Assembly (NCBI GenBank): GCA_036785375.1
Contig: JAWMAR010000894.1
Span: 1 to 64,000 of the forward strand
DNA length: 64,000 nucleotides
Reading direction: 5' to 3'
Source: Leucoraja ocellata
Lineage: Eukaryota
A program made the translations under genes and the position numbers. Below, piece by piece: positions 22,284 through 36,341 of this stretch. The first letter of the stretch is position 1, and each line of letters opens with the position of its first letter. Below the pieces are notes generated by a model that searched no databases, was not told the DNA's origin, and was given only the letters and a program-made list of their open reading frames with translations.

Positions 22284-25200
22284 CCAGTGGGAGGGGGGGG
22301 GGGGGCTTTATGTTGCGCTAGTATGAGCGTTGTGGGCCGAAGGTACTGATTTCCAGACGGCTAGTATGGAGTTTGTGGGCCAAATGGATTTTTGGGCTGG
22401 CAGCTCAATCACTGAGGCCTGGCAGTACAATGACTCGGACCTGGCAGGCTGGCGGCTGAGAAACTGCCAGAAATTGTGCTCAAAACAGGTTACAGACAGT
22501 AAGAGAGAGAAGGGGGAGAGTGTGGACTTAATGGATTATTGGGCTGGCAGTTCACTAACTCACGGCTCGTGGGCTGGCAGTGCAGTCACTCACGCCTGGT
22601 ACGCTGGCAGTTCACTCAGTCATCCCACCTACCTTCACCCCCACCCCACTCTGCTCCATGCCATTCCCCTCCCACCCACACATTCAGTGCGTCTCCAAAC
22701 AATCTCCCCCCCTCCACGCACTCTTAGTGGCTCTCCCACAGAGCAGCCATTCCTCCCTATTAGGTTCTATTGTGATGAAGAACACACAGCGTTAAAAGCG
22801 CAAAAAGGTTTTATTAAAGTTTAAAATGTGAATGACTCTTAAAATATAAGAACAATTTAAATTTTAAAGATGAGATTTATTAAGTTTTTACTTGTTGTGT
22901 CTTGTTGTGTTCTGCTGCTCACAGCCTCTTGATGACTATTTCCTGTTGATAAAAAGAGACAATTTTAATATAGAGAAAGTCAGCGGTCAAATTTTAAGAA
23001 GGAAAATCTGAGAGTATCTCAGATCATCATTCAACGAAGCACGCTATTAATGACAACATTCTTGGGCGATGTTCCATCCTTTAGGAAACTTTTGACATTT
23101 CCCTTCATATTTCTGTTGAGCTAGTATGCTGGGCCAAAGGTAATGGTTTCCAGTGGGCTAGTATGGAGTTTGTGGGCGGAATGGGTTTTTGGGCGGGCAG
23201 CTCAGTCACTGTACTGGCAGGGGGGCACCAAAATGCTTGGTGTTGCTGAACACTTCAGTCCACAACTTCAAAGCATTCACCCCTAATCATTGGACATTCA
23301 TCCCAAACAATGACTTTCACTTGCCTCGTGAAATGTGCCGTCTTAGAGTTCTTCTTGATGTTGCACAATGTATCCTCGGCCACTTGGATGGGTATCTTGA
23401 ATCGAGAATGTGTCGTTCTTCCACCAGGCAGAAATGTAGCTGCTATCCTAGAGGATACTACAGCAATAGCCACATCACATAACATTTCCTGACATGATGT
23501 TCAAAAAGCTGCCCAAAGACAATTTCAGTTGTTAATGAACACTGAAGATTTTGTGCAACACATTTTTTTGAGGTAGAGCTGTCAGGGTGGGGTGGGGGGT
23601 GGTAAACATCGTGCTGCCAAGGGTGGGGCACAGCTTCAGATGGGGGTTCTCGTGAGCTGATGAGAAATGTGTGGGGGGGGGGGGGGGCTCATGCAGGGGA
23701 TGAGGGCGGCTTCAGTTGGGGGTTCATCTATTGCCAGGTGGATGTGGGGCATGTCAGAGGAGGAGAGGGGGCAGTGCGCGATTTACTCATGACCTGTGGA
23801 CTCACTCACTGCCTTGGGATTGACTCATGCCCTTTAGACTGATTGACTCTCACGGCTTGTGGACTGACTGATGCACGACTTCTGGAGTCACATCCGACTT
23901 TTGTAAACTGAAAACGGTAACATCTACATTGAGGAACAGTTTCTTCCTGACAGCCATCACGCTAATAAACTTAACAAATAAGCTCTGAACTACGAAATAC
24001 TATCATTTCACACACACACATATATATTCACACGCACTAACACATATATTCATACACACACACACATTCACTCACACACACGTACACACACACATATTCA
24101 CACACACACTCAGGAACACCCACATACACACACGCACATATGCACACACTCACATTCTCACACATATTCACACTCTCACACACATTCTCATACACATATT
24201 CACAAACAGACTCATTCACGCACACAAAAANNNNNNNNNNNNNNNNNNNNNNNNNNNNNNNNNNNNNNNNNNNNNNNNNNNNNNNNNNNNNNNNNNNNNN
24301 NNNNNNNNNNNNNNNNNNNNNNNNNNNNNNNNNNNNNNNNNNNNNNNNNNNNNNNNNNNNNNNNNNNNNNNNNNNNNNNNNACAGACTCATCCACCACCT
24401 CAAGACACTGCCCTATGGGTGGTAAATGTCGTGCAGCCAAGGGCAGCTTCAGGCGGGGGTTGTCGTGAACTGATGAGAAGGGGCGGGGTGTCCTCATGCA
24501 AAGGATGTGGACGGCTTCAGTAGGGGGTGCATCCTATAGCCAGGCGGAAGGCAGCGTCTTGAGGTGTCAGTGTAGTAGAGGGGGCAGTGAGCGATTTACT
24601 CATGACGTGTGGACTCACTGCCCTGGGATTAACTCATGGCCTTTGGACTGACTCTCACAGCTTGTGGACTGACTGATGCCGACTTCTGGAGTCACGTCCG
24701 ACTTATGTAAACTGAAAACTGTAACATCTCCGTTGAGGAACAGCTTCTTCCTGACAGCCAACGCACTATTAAACTCACCAAATAAGCTCTGAACTACAAA
24801 ATATTATATTATTTCACACACACATATATATCCACATGCACTCACACACATATGCACACACACATATAATCGCTCGCACATATTCACTCACATATTCAGA
24901 CACACACATGTACACAAACATACATATAGACACACGCACATATTCACACACACACACACATACACACACACACATTCACTCACACACATATTCGCACACA
25001 CGCACGTAAATATTCACACACACACACATATTCACACGAACACATATATATTCACACACACACGCATACACAGAGGGAGGTTTCACGGCAGTCGGGTCAC
25101 GACCCATGACCCGTACTGTTGCTACGCTACACCAAATGGATTACACGCGATGTACTGCAGGTAGGCACTTACCATCGTTTCCAACTCCATCTTCCAGGGA

Positions 25201-28200
25201 GATGCTAACCATTTTCGTTGTCTCTGTACTGTACACTGACAACGCCAATTAAAGTTGAATCTGAATCTGAATCGGAACCTGAACGTAGCGGATCCGTTAG
25301 AACCCGCCGAAAATGTCCAGTTTTGCGCTGCAAATAATTATGGAAATTGGGATGAGCATATGAGATATTTAGCCTACTTCAGAGAGCTGGAGGGACAACA
25401 AAGAGTGCTTAGCGAACATTGGCCGTTTGCTCACTACATTTCATCAACACTAAAGCATTATTTGTGTTTTTTTCTTGATTCCTTTGGCATCTAAAAAGTT
25501 TCATGTGATAAATCTGGCTGTATTTTTTAAAAATAAATCGCCCATGGTTCTCAAGTGGGTTTTTACGTATAAAATGAAAGCGCATCTGAAGGAAAATTTA
25601 CAGCCAGATGTATCACTTCTGAGAATTTTTAAATACTAAAGGAATCAAGTAAAACACGAATAATGCCTTACTGTTGATGAAATGCAGTGAGCAAACACGA
25701 TCATTCCAATATTTTCAATTACGATATCTGCACAGCCAATCTTTACCAAGCACTTTAGTTGCTGTTTTCCCTTCAATTCTCGCAGCCCCTTACCTTCATT
25801 TCATTTCACGTTTAGAATTCTAATGTTGGGTACATGTCTCTCACACTTACCCCAATTTCCACATTTATTTTCAGAGCACACATTCAACAATTTGGCGGTT
25901 TTTAACAGATAGAAAAGTACGCGTTTCTTGCATTAATAACATATACTGGAAGTGACAGATGTCTTCAGATGGTTTGAGCGGCTCTGTGCGGGGCCCGGGG
26001 CAGCGGGGAGAGAGAGTGCGGGGTCCGGGGCAGCGAGGAGAGAGAGTGCGGGGCCCGGGGCAGCGGGGAGAGAGAGTGCGGGGCAGCGGGGAGAAGGAGT
26101 GCGCGGTCCGGGGCAGCGGGGAGAGGGAATGCGGGGTCCGGGGCAGCGGGGAGAGAGAGTGCGGGGCAGCGGGGAGAAGGACTGCGCGGTCCGGGGCAGC
26201 GAAGAGAGGGAGTGCGGGGTCCGGGGCAGCGAGGAGAGAGAGTGCGGTGCCCGGGGCAGCGAGCAGAGGGGCATAGGAGGGTGGACATTAGAGTAAGGGG
26301 GCATGCGAGAGAGTGCCGGGGGGGATAAGGCCTAGTGTGTGTAAAGTTGCAGGGAGGTTTACAATGTTTCTTATTTACAATGTTTGTTATTTAATGTCCC
26401 TTGTCTAGTCTGAAATAAAGTTCATTATTGGATTAGAAGAAATATAATTGTGTGTGTTATATACATTTATATAATTGTCATGTATGTGTGTTTATAAACA
26501 TTTTATTCTTTAACAAGAATCAACAGAATTATGAACTAACAGAATTATGAATCTAACCCTATATCACGCACAAAAAGTCCCCCCCCCCCCCCCCTGTCAA
26601 TCACCCTGCGAGTCGGGTCGGTTCCGGTTACTACAAAATCAACTCAAACACTGCTTGTGAGCCATTTAAAAAGAAATGATTTAAAAAAACATTAAAAAAG
26701 ACAACTACCAGAATCAAATTTTATTCTTGACAAGAAGTTTGAACTGACAGATTTATGAATCTGACCCACACAAACTGGTGCCCCGCAACATTGATTACAG
26801 TGCGAGTCGGGTCGGGTCAGGTAGGCTCAGGTTGCTAAAATGGGTGTGGAAAAAATGCCCATGATCCCCTCCATAGCGTACTACACGTCAGTCCATTGAA
26901 TTTAGTAGGAGTAGTCTGTCTTGCTTTGCTATAAGATCTTTGGTGCTGATCGAAATAAAAAGGTTCTTTCGCGCATTACTGGCCTGAAAACGTTGCATCA
27001 AATGCATTTCAATTTACATCACCATTTCAAACACAATAGACATCATGCTTTAGTTAACTGAAAACCGGTGCAACCATTTTAAAATCCAAGAGAAACAAAT
27101 TTGCAAAACGCTTTATAACAAAAAGAAATGGTTTTATTTTCAATTCACAGTTCAAACACAATATAGATAGACAAATATACAACTGAAAATGCTTTTCATT
27201 TTCAATTCACAGTTCAAACACAATATAGATAGACAAATATACAAACTCTTTCCAACAAAATTCCAAGAAACTTCAGAGCATGGTGAATAACATACATATC
27301 AATTGGGTGAAAAAGCACTCACCTGGGAGCAGAGCTGCAGCTCAGAGAGCCGTGACTTTTTCACTTCGTGGCTCGCCGGAAATGACGTAATCGCCGCCAT
27401 CTTACCGATCGTCGGAAATCACAAAATGTCCGCCAATTTTAAATTTAAACACAGTCTGATCGAAATAAAAAAAAGGTTCTTTCGCGCATTACTGGCCTGA
27501 AACCGTTGCAACAAATGCATTTCAATTTACATCACCATTTCAAACACAATAAACATCATGCTTTAGTTACCTGAAAACCGGTGCAACCATTTTAAAACCC
27601 AAGAGAAACAAAATATGCAAAACGCTTTACATCAATAACAACTGGCTTTTATTTTCATTTCACAGCTCAAACACAGTATAGATAGACAAATATACAAATG
27701 GTTTTTATTTTCAATTCACAGTTCAAACACAATGTAGATAGACAAATATATAAATGGTTTTTATTTTCAATTCACAGTTCAAACACAGTATAGATAGACA
27801 AATATACAAATGGTTTTTATTTTCAAATTCGCAGTTCAAACACGGTATAGATAGACAAATATTCAAATGGTTTTTATTTTCAATTCACAGTTCAAACACA
27901 ATATATATAGACATATACAAATGGTTTTTATTTTCAATTCACAGTTCAAACACAATATAGATAGACAAGTATACAAATGTTTTTTATTTTCAATTCACAG
28001 TTCAAAAACAATATAGATAGTAGACAAATATACAAACTCTTTCCAACAAAATTCCAAGAAACTTCAGAGCATGGTGAATAACGTACATATCAATTGGGTG
28101 AAAAAGCACTCACCTGGGAGCAGAGCTGCAGCTCAGAGAACCGCGACCCTTCCACTTCGTGGCCGGGAAGAAAGTGATTGAAGCGGGTCGCTACCGGGTT

Positions 28201-28436
28201 TTATAGCCCCTCCCTCCCCTGCCGCCATCGGGGGCTGCAGAGAGAATGGGGAATGATGTAACAACATTAATATCTCGGTCATATTTCATCGAGAGGACAA
28301 ATCCTCGGCACACATGCGGCAGAGGGGTGCTCTGAGGGAGGTGGCCAAAAATGACGGCCGTAGGTGGCGGCGTTCTCTCGGAAATCGCAGCACAGATCGG
28401 GAAAAGCGGTCAAGAACTGAGTTTTAGTAATGTAGA
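22281..28436 (-). mobile_element. Composite Helitron (mirror of 8513-14787)
   Basis: Contains the Pif1 fragment 23225-23485, foldback element 25074-25985 and minisatellites 25985-26275 and 27645-28040. Confidence 0.75.
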
Positions 28437-29371
28437 TAACTGGGGTCCCAGCACTGAGCCATGCGGTACCCCACTAGTCATTGCCTGTCATTGTGAAAAG
28501 GATCCGTTTACTCCTACTCTTTGCTTCCTGTCTGCAAGCCAGTTCATTATCCACATAAATACTGAACCCCCAATACCGTGTGCTTTAAGTTTGTATACTA
28601 ATCTCTTATGTGGGACCTTGTCGAAAGGCTTGTGAAAGTCCAGATATAACACTGCCACCGGTTATCCCTTATCCACTCTACAATTTACATCCTCGAAAAA
28701 TTCTATAAGATTTGTCAGACATGATTTACCTTTCATGAATCTATGCTGACGTTGTCCAATGATTTCACCACTTTCCAAATGTGCTGCTATCCCATCTTTC
28801 ATAACTGATTATAGCAGTTTCCCCACTGCCTATGGTAGACTAACTGGTCTGTGATTCCCCGTTTTCTTCTCCCTCCCTTTTTAAAAAGTGGGGTTACATT
28901 AGCTACCCTCCAATCTTCAGGAACTACTCCAGAACCCAAAGTGTTTTGAAAAATTATCACTAATGCATCCACTATTTCTGGAGCTACTTCCTTAAGTACT
29001 CTGGGATGCAGCCTATCTGGCCTTGGGGATGCATCTGCCTTTAATCCATTCAATTTACCTAACACCACTTCCTGGCTAACCTGGATTTCACTCAGTTCCT
29101 CCATCTCATTTGACCCGCGATCCCCTGCTATTTCCGGTAGATTATTTATGTCTTCCTTAGTGAAGACAGAACCAAAGTAGTTATTGAATTGGCCTGCCAT
29201 GTCCTTGTTCCCCATGACCAATTCACCTGTTTCTGACTGCAAAGGACCTACATTTGTTTTAACTAATTGTTTTCTCTTCACATATCTATAAAAAGTTTTG
29301 CGTTCAGTTTTTATGTTCCCTGTCAGTTTTGTTTCATAATCAATTTTCCCTTTCCTAATTGCCTTTTGTTC
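28437..29371 (-). mobile_element. CR1 LINE ORF2 fragment (mirror of 7578-8512)
   Basis: ORF 28799-29281. Confidence 0.9.
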
Positions 29372-31199
29372 TGGATTTGGATGGAAATGAGTAAACGAAT
29401 TATTAGTTCAATGGAGCGGCGGGTGCAGGAGGCGATATCTGGCTGATTTGTACTCTCCGAAATATCGGGTAGTTATTTTACAGCGGTCAGAATATACAGG
29501 CTGGGGTATGTGGGACCGGTGCATGGAGTGCGTGAAGAAGATCAAAGTGCACGACAGCGTTTCGCATGGAGATGCCAGGGTTAGTTATTGGCCTCTGGTG
29601 CATTTGTTTATCTCAGTTTCATCTCCACATGCTTAACACGCGGTCTGTAGGCAGTTTAACATGGAGCCGTTTTTTGGAGACCGACGTTTTCCGTAAAGGT
29701 TAGATCTTATCTTCTCTCTGTCGCTGAGATATCTTCCCTGGCCGACCTGTTACCAATGTTGGCTTCATTTCCAGTCAATGGTTGAGTTTTGGTCGCTTTT
29801 GTTTTCTGCTGCGGGTTGACTACTTGACATCAAGCCACAGGAAGTGGTGTCGCGTCACGGCTGCGGTCTTCAAGCTATGTTGACGATTCGCAGAAACATT
29901 TGGAGAGGAGGACGAGATCAAGCGTTTGAACCCTGAACCGCCGTCAGAGACTCGCGTCCTCTTTAGAACCCCTAACCCCACACCCCCTCCTTCCCCTTCC
30001 AGCCGGAGCGCTCGTCCACTCTCTCCGACATTTCTCTCCCGTCGAAGACCACGCTCTCTCCTTTCTCTCAAGAGGCAGGGTGGGTGCCAAGTCCACCATT
30101 GGCGGGCTGCTAACGGATATATTCTTACTTTAACCCGTTCAATAGTTTCCACGTTAATTCTGGGAGATAACGTGTTAGAGTTTGCTTCATTGCTTCAGCC
30201 ACAAGTTGATGAACTGTCTGCTCGTCGTGTGCTCTTTGATACATTTGCGGCATCAACAGTGGGAGAGACTCCCGTTTTCTCAAACCACCAACATACGAAA
30301 CAGGTCAACACACTGAGGTCGTCAAAATACTTTAAAAGGCTACTCGTAATATTGCGCCTATTTGCCATTAAACACCAATCCTTCGCAGATCCATTTCATC
30401 TGGATTATAGACCATAGTGGCATTTCATCCCTGAAGCACCATCGACGTCCTCCTCATAGCAAACTTCAGTTCGGTTCTCCAGCCTCATTTTCCATTTGTG
30501 GCCATGCGCGTGCAATTCCAAATATGTGCACGGTTTTCCCCACATCTGTCTGAACATCTTTGGCCTGGTTTACATTCATGCCACAGACATAAGCTCCCCT
30601 CAAGTCCTTCGGTTTGCTGGCCCATCGTGAACCTAATCAGTTCAGGGTTGGAAGAAATACCGCCCACCATGTCTGCGCCGATTATGATGTCAGCGCCTCT
30701 GGTCTTATCTGGGTGCATACGATGTGTGCACCTCCATTGTCTGCCTGTACACGTGCGGTTAAATCCCTCCTAAATGTTGCCATGGGATCTACATCTACCA
30801 ACTGCCCAAGGCGCGCATCCAGGCACATAAAGAATAACTGTACTGGAAAATCTAATTTAAACTTTCCTCCTTTCACTTTATAACCTTTCCATTTAGCAAT
30901 TTACATTTCATCATATTGCTTATGCATAAAATGCCCTGGCCTTCTCCTTCATTATACTTGCCTGGAAACGTCCATGGCTTTCTTGTTTAAATTATTTCCT
31001 GCTTTCTTTATGTTCGGCTGCCTACCGTTTCCTAACTTTACATTTGGTTCTTCTTTGATTAAGGTTACAATATTTCTTATCATCCAAGGTTTACAATCTC
31101 GCCATCATGTCGTCATTCCAACTAGGCTCTAAACTCTGATTATCTGGCTTTCAAAGTATTCCCACCAATTAGACGAGGATACATTAAAAAGGCCAGTTC

Positions 31200-31512
31200 A
31201 ACCGGTGAAGCAGCGGTAGAGTTGCTGCCTGGCAGCGCTTGTAGCGCAGGAGTCCCGGGTTCGACCCCGAATACAGGTGCTGTCCATACGAGGTTTGTAC
31301 TTTCTCCCCGTGGCCGCTTCTCGGAAAACTTCAGTTTCCTCCCACGCTCCAGAAGCGCACAGTCTTGTCGGTTGAGCGGCTTGGTCCACGTGTATATTAT
31401 CCTTAATATGTGTAGGATAGTGTTAATGTGTGGGATCACTCGTTAATGCGGCGTTAGTGGGATGAAGGGCCTGTTTCAATGCTGAATCTCTAAACTAAAC
31501 TAAATCTAAACC
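31200..31512 (+). mobile_element. HE1-like tRNA-derived SINE
   Basis: A-box-like GGTGAAGCAGCGG, B-box GGTTCGACCCC, body TTCTCCCCGTG..TTTCCTCCCAC, and (TAAAC)n tail. Confidence 0.75.
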
Positions 31513-31809
31513 TAATTTTTCCAGTGCTTGTCTGATAATAATGTGATCAGACTTCCACCACGTTAGTTTTTTTTTTAAATCAATATCCATTTTTTATTAC
31601 GTATCAAATTATGATCAATGTCCGCAATATGCAAAACAATTAAAATTCGATCACCAGATCATACGAATTCCTAAAATATTTTAGTGCTGCCCTATCCCTC
31701 GTTTGCGTGTTTACATATTATTTCAAGAATCATTTGAAAGGCATCTAACAAATTGTGCCCAATCTGAGCGTCACTCTATAAGTGAGTTCGAGTCAATAAA
31801 GGCAAAGTC

Positions 31810-34800
31810 AAATAGTAAGATTAAACGTGAACTTACCAGTTTGAAGTTTGATCTTGATTTTACGAGGAGTTGCGATGAGGGATTACACGAAGAGCCCGCC
31901 AGCCCGCATATGCGTAAATCTTCAAAGCAGCGATGTGGAATCACAGTGGAATAAAGGTTGTTGAACTGAATATAGGAAGATTCGAGAAACTAAAACTACT
32001 AGCTGACCTTTATGAGAGAGGGTTGGGAGTGGAGGGCACGTAATCCCTCATCGTAACTCCTCATAAAATAAAGATCAAACGTCAAACTGGTAAATTTTCG
32101 TTTAATCTTACTATTTTACTTCGGAGTCACGTGAGTGACTAGGTGAATATTTCAAAGCTCTGCGATTTCATGCCGTGGACACGAGTCCATGCGTCACACA
32201 CTGCATCAATTGACCAGGATGGGTGAAATTTAATAAAGCATGACATAGCTTTAAACATGCTGATGCTTTTTAATGACGAAATTATAATCATAGTAATCCC
32301 ACTCATCCAGGAGGAATTATAAAACAGAACCTAAAATAGAGTTAGCAAATACCCCCGGTCTGACAATGGGTCAGTTATAACACATTTGGAAATTCGCTTG
32401 TTTGACCAACCTGCAGCCGTTAGGATGTGGTCCAGCGAAACATCCATAACCCTCGCTGCTGACGTTGTTGCAGCCCTTGTGGGGTGAGTTTTGAAAAGAT
32501 CAGTGTTCACTCCTGCACAAACCAAAACCCGTTTGAATCACCTTGGGATGGTCTATACCGATACCTACGTATGAGGTTTTATGTAACTTACAAACAATGC
32601 TAGTTCAGAGCCTCTAAGGCTCTAGGTGACACAATGACTGTTGTAGACCACACGCACAAAAAAAAAGGTCCATGTGGTATGCCATTAAACTAGATTGAGA
32701 GCTGACGCCCCGGGTCTACTCTGCAAGACTAAGTCATGAACATAAAGTATCATCTTATTTGCGGATGTAACCATCCTGTCCAGTCGTAGCTTATGCAACG
32801 AATGCCCCGTTGTTCTGCGTTTGGGAACAGCCATAAAATGCTCTGATATGATTCCCAGTATGAGTGGACCCATGACTGTGTAGGCCAGTCAGGCACTATC
32901 AAAACCTCAGGCGGAGTCTTGCTGGATTTTAAGCAAGCACCGACTGATGAGGCAAGATGGAGGAAAGACATAAAGAACATTCCTCCGCAGCATAGCGAGA
33001 ATGCACCCATCGTCTCTGCCCATGAGAATGGCCACCATGCCAGATATTTTTTATGGTGATTGAGACTAGATGCAAACAAATCGATATTTGGTGTTCCATC
33101 ACGCCACAATATCAATAAATACTTTGTGATACAACATACATTCTGTGTTGTCATTGTATTACGTGATGATATACCAGCGCCAAATGAGGTTAGGTAAATT
33201 TATCACAGGATATTGACTTGATTGCACCCATGTGATTAATATATGTCACCACCCGTGTGTCAACTTGTAGTTGAGCATGCAGACATGCATATTCGCACAA
33301 TAAGCCTTTAACCCATAGAACGCACCTAGTGACTTTAGGTAGTTGATACCATGTAACTGAGGGATTGGTAACTCATGCACACCCCATCGCCTCTGTGGCT
33401 AGAGATGGGATAGTAATTTCCCATATTTGAGTACTAGCATCAGTTTGTAATATAACTGAAGGTGTATTGACCAATAGTACTGGAGCAATGTAGAATACTG
33501 TCTGCTCATCATTGTGACTTTATATCTTCAGCTGGTAATAGCATAGACCTGTTAACAATGACCTACATTGTACTTGAGAGCTTGCTCCTTTGCGCGATGT
33601 AAGTTCTGATAATGCAAAGCCCCAATTATGCAGCTGAAAAAAACAGCCATTATTTTGCCAATTACACTGGCCACTTGATGAATAAACAACCAGATTGTTA
33701 CAAACGTTCATTAATCCTAATCCCTTGCCACAGGGCGGAGTCACAGACAATTAATGGAGTTAAAGATAAATCGCAATCTATAACTCCAGTTGATAGCAAC
33801 TTAAATTCAATTGGATGGATGAGAAACCCCAATTTCCCAAATATTAGGTTTGCGGCTGAAACAGTTAATTTAGCAAATTTTTAGAATTCAGCGTTTTTAG
33901 AATATCATCCAGATAGGCCATAAATATGTATTTTCGAGCTTTGAGCAGCCCTAGCACTGGCTTGGTTATTTTGGTAAATAACCTTGGAGCTGAAGTTAGC
34001 CATTTTGCAACGCTTTAAATGCTATCGTTGCCCATCCAGCTAGATTTCAAATGTCTTCAGTGAACCATGTGAATGGGTGAATCTTTGAGATCGATGCATG
34101 CCATAAATTATCATATGGACATCCGTTGTTAGACAGTAACGAAGTTTCCCATTCTGAAAAAAAGTATATACTGCACATGTGAATGTGGGTTAATCAAGGG
34201 TGATCTGACATCATCCATCTTCCGCTTATGTCGATATCTGCTTGTATACCCAAGCCATTTGTTTGGAATGAATGGATGTCCAATTTGGTGTATATTGTAT
34301 GGGTGGCAATGAGTTAACGGAAATTCAATTTGGAATCCTGTGTACTGTGCAGCACAAACTGATCTGATGTTATTCGTCGACATTCGTGCAAAAAACAAGC
34401 GTAATCTATTACCAACTCGCAACTAGTCCACACACCTCGTGTTTCGCAAATACCAGACCCACCTACCTCCATGGTTACCGGTGGTCTTATGGTAAGCCCA
34501 AGGCCCCTGATGCGGGTTCTCTTTCCGTCTTCAGGTAGTAATTCCTTCCTTGATTTGGAGGATAGGACTGCTAGGGTGCGCGGATTGCACATTTTCCCTC
34601 AGGGCCGGCCTGGGCATTGGCCTAAAAGACCTCTTCCCAGAGAATCAGCGTTCAAGGTGCCACCAGCTTCAGTGAACCGCTTAGGAGGCGCAGGGGTGTT
34701 GTCGCCGCAACGGCGAGGCTTTTGCCTGTCGTAGATACCTTGACTAGTCCGACAGCTTTACTTCCTCATCCAGATTTTTTACCTGTTTGGCTAGGTCTTT

Positions 34801-35591
34801 CCCAAGGAGAAGATTCGGCGGCTGGACATTGCTGGCCTCGCCATCCATAGTCTCCCCAGATAGCGCTGTTCACTGCCGGCACTTTGTTCCTGTAATGATG
34901 TGACGTGAGGTCACTGATGCTCACCAAGCTCCAGCTTTTCTGCAGTGGCTCCTCCGTTTGCATTGCTATCGCAACAATTGATACCATGACAGAATTTTTG
35001 AACCTCACGCATGCACTCCAGTATGTTTCGCAGACATGCCCCCGAGTTTGGACTCAGCCACACACTGACTGCCTACGCTCCCCTCCTCAGAGAGGGAGAT
35101 ATAATGCAGCCGTGCACCAGGCGCTGTCGCGGGCCCGCGAGACCCGCGCTGATATGACTCAGTTCCTTGGAGTATATCATGGTGGAGTATATTTTCCATG
35201 AGATGCTCTATCCGGGAAAGACGTCCGAAGACGCTCTCCACTGCAGGAGGCGAACTCTCCCGGCCGGACTCGTCCGAGTCAACAGGACGGCCGAGCCGGG
35301 TCTCCCCGCGGAGCCGGGTACCCCTCGCGGAGCCGGGATTCCCCACGGTCTCCGTAGCCGGGTTTCCCTGCGGAGACAGGATTTAGACCAAGGAACGTCA
35401 TCCAACAGGAACTCTGTAAAAGAGCTTCATGCAAGACAAAAAGCGCAACCTGATAAATAAGTTCGAAACTTGCTTTCCGGTTTAAAACTTACCGCTGGAG
35501 GAGCGAGGACAGCCAGCCGTGCGCCATGCGTGAACGCGCATGCGGGCTGGCGGGTTCTTCACGTAGTCACTCACGTGACCCCGAAGTTAAA
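31810..35591 (-). mobile_element. DIRS1-like tyrosine-recombinase retrotransposon, structurally complete, ORFs decayed
   Basis: Inverted terminal repeats (~35535-35591 and 31810-31915) and an internal complementary region 32037-32147 equal to the joined termini. RT motif AYLDD (~33904-33918), RNase H LQTDAST (~33430-33450), DLFAS methyltransferase-like motif (ORF 32750-33154), YR motif FKTHPTRAA..ILTAAGWS (32331-32525). Confidence 0.92.
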
Positions 35592-35980
35592 TTCAATAAC
35601 CGTCAGGCACATTGTACAGGTCAGTCGAATCCGCAGCGCCCTGAAGCGTCGCGTGGACGGTAATATCTGTCATCCCGAGATCAGAAACCGGAGGACTTCA
35701 ATTATTCTGTTATTTGCCATCTCGGGGAGTTTCACTGCGCTTTGGACTACGGTTATGATACTCGACGTGTTTTGAAGTCACGCACAGTTTTGTGGTCAAC
35801 GCCTCGAGGTCCCGTTATCTTGCGATTAGAATATCGCTTCTGCTAATGTATTTGAGTTCCTGTAAAAACACTTGTATTCAAGCACTTGGCCAGAGGAGGT
35901 TCCGGGAGGAAGCGAAGAAAGTGATAGCATATACATTTATTATTATTGTCCGGTTTTTACAAAACAAATTAGATCGTTGA
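35588..35980 (+). pseudogene. GPR139-like GPCR fragment (TM5 to C-terminus only)
   Basis: LNSITVRHIVQVSRIR..PEIRNRRTSIILLFAISGSF..LWTT, stop and frameshift, then LLMYLSSCKNTCIQAL.QRRFREE. Confidence 0.85.
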
Positions 35981-36341
35981 ATCGAAGCTCGTTGCCAGGT
36001 TTCGTGCTTTACCAGCCGTGTAACTGCCCTTCCCATTCCCGTAGGTACACAGCATCTATGGCGTGAATGAAATAGTCTGAAGAAGGGGTTCGGCCCGAAA
36101 CGTTGCCTATTACCTTCGCTCCATAGATGTTGCTGCACCCACTGAGTTTCTCCAGCATTTTTGTGTACCTTCGATTTTCCAGCATCTGCAGTTCCTTCTG
36201 AAACACTTCCCATTCCCGTACCGATTCATCTGTCCTTGCCTCCTTCGTTGTCAGATGTAGACCACACGCAAACTGGAGGAACGGAACCTCATATTCCGCT
36301 GGGTTCGCTTAGCAACGGTGTGCAGATTGATGTGTAGCAAT

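Larger units (their letters stand above)
20392..30910 (-). repeat. Right arm of ~25 kb palindrome
   Basis: Reverse complement of 5776-16674 with several indels. Confidence 0.96.

Noticed and set aside
5776-30910. Giant TIR transposon (Polinton/foldback-type)
   Set aside because: No TSD outside the arms, no element-type termini, arms are ordinary TE patchwork and the spacer is a host gene.
31200-31275. tRNA gene
   Set aside because: A/B boxes belong to a SINE head followed by SINE body and tail; no cloverleaf is evident.
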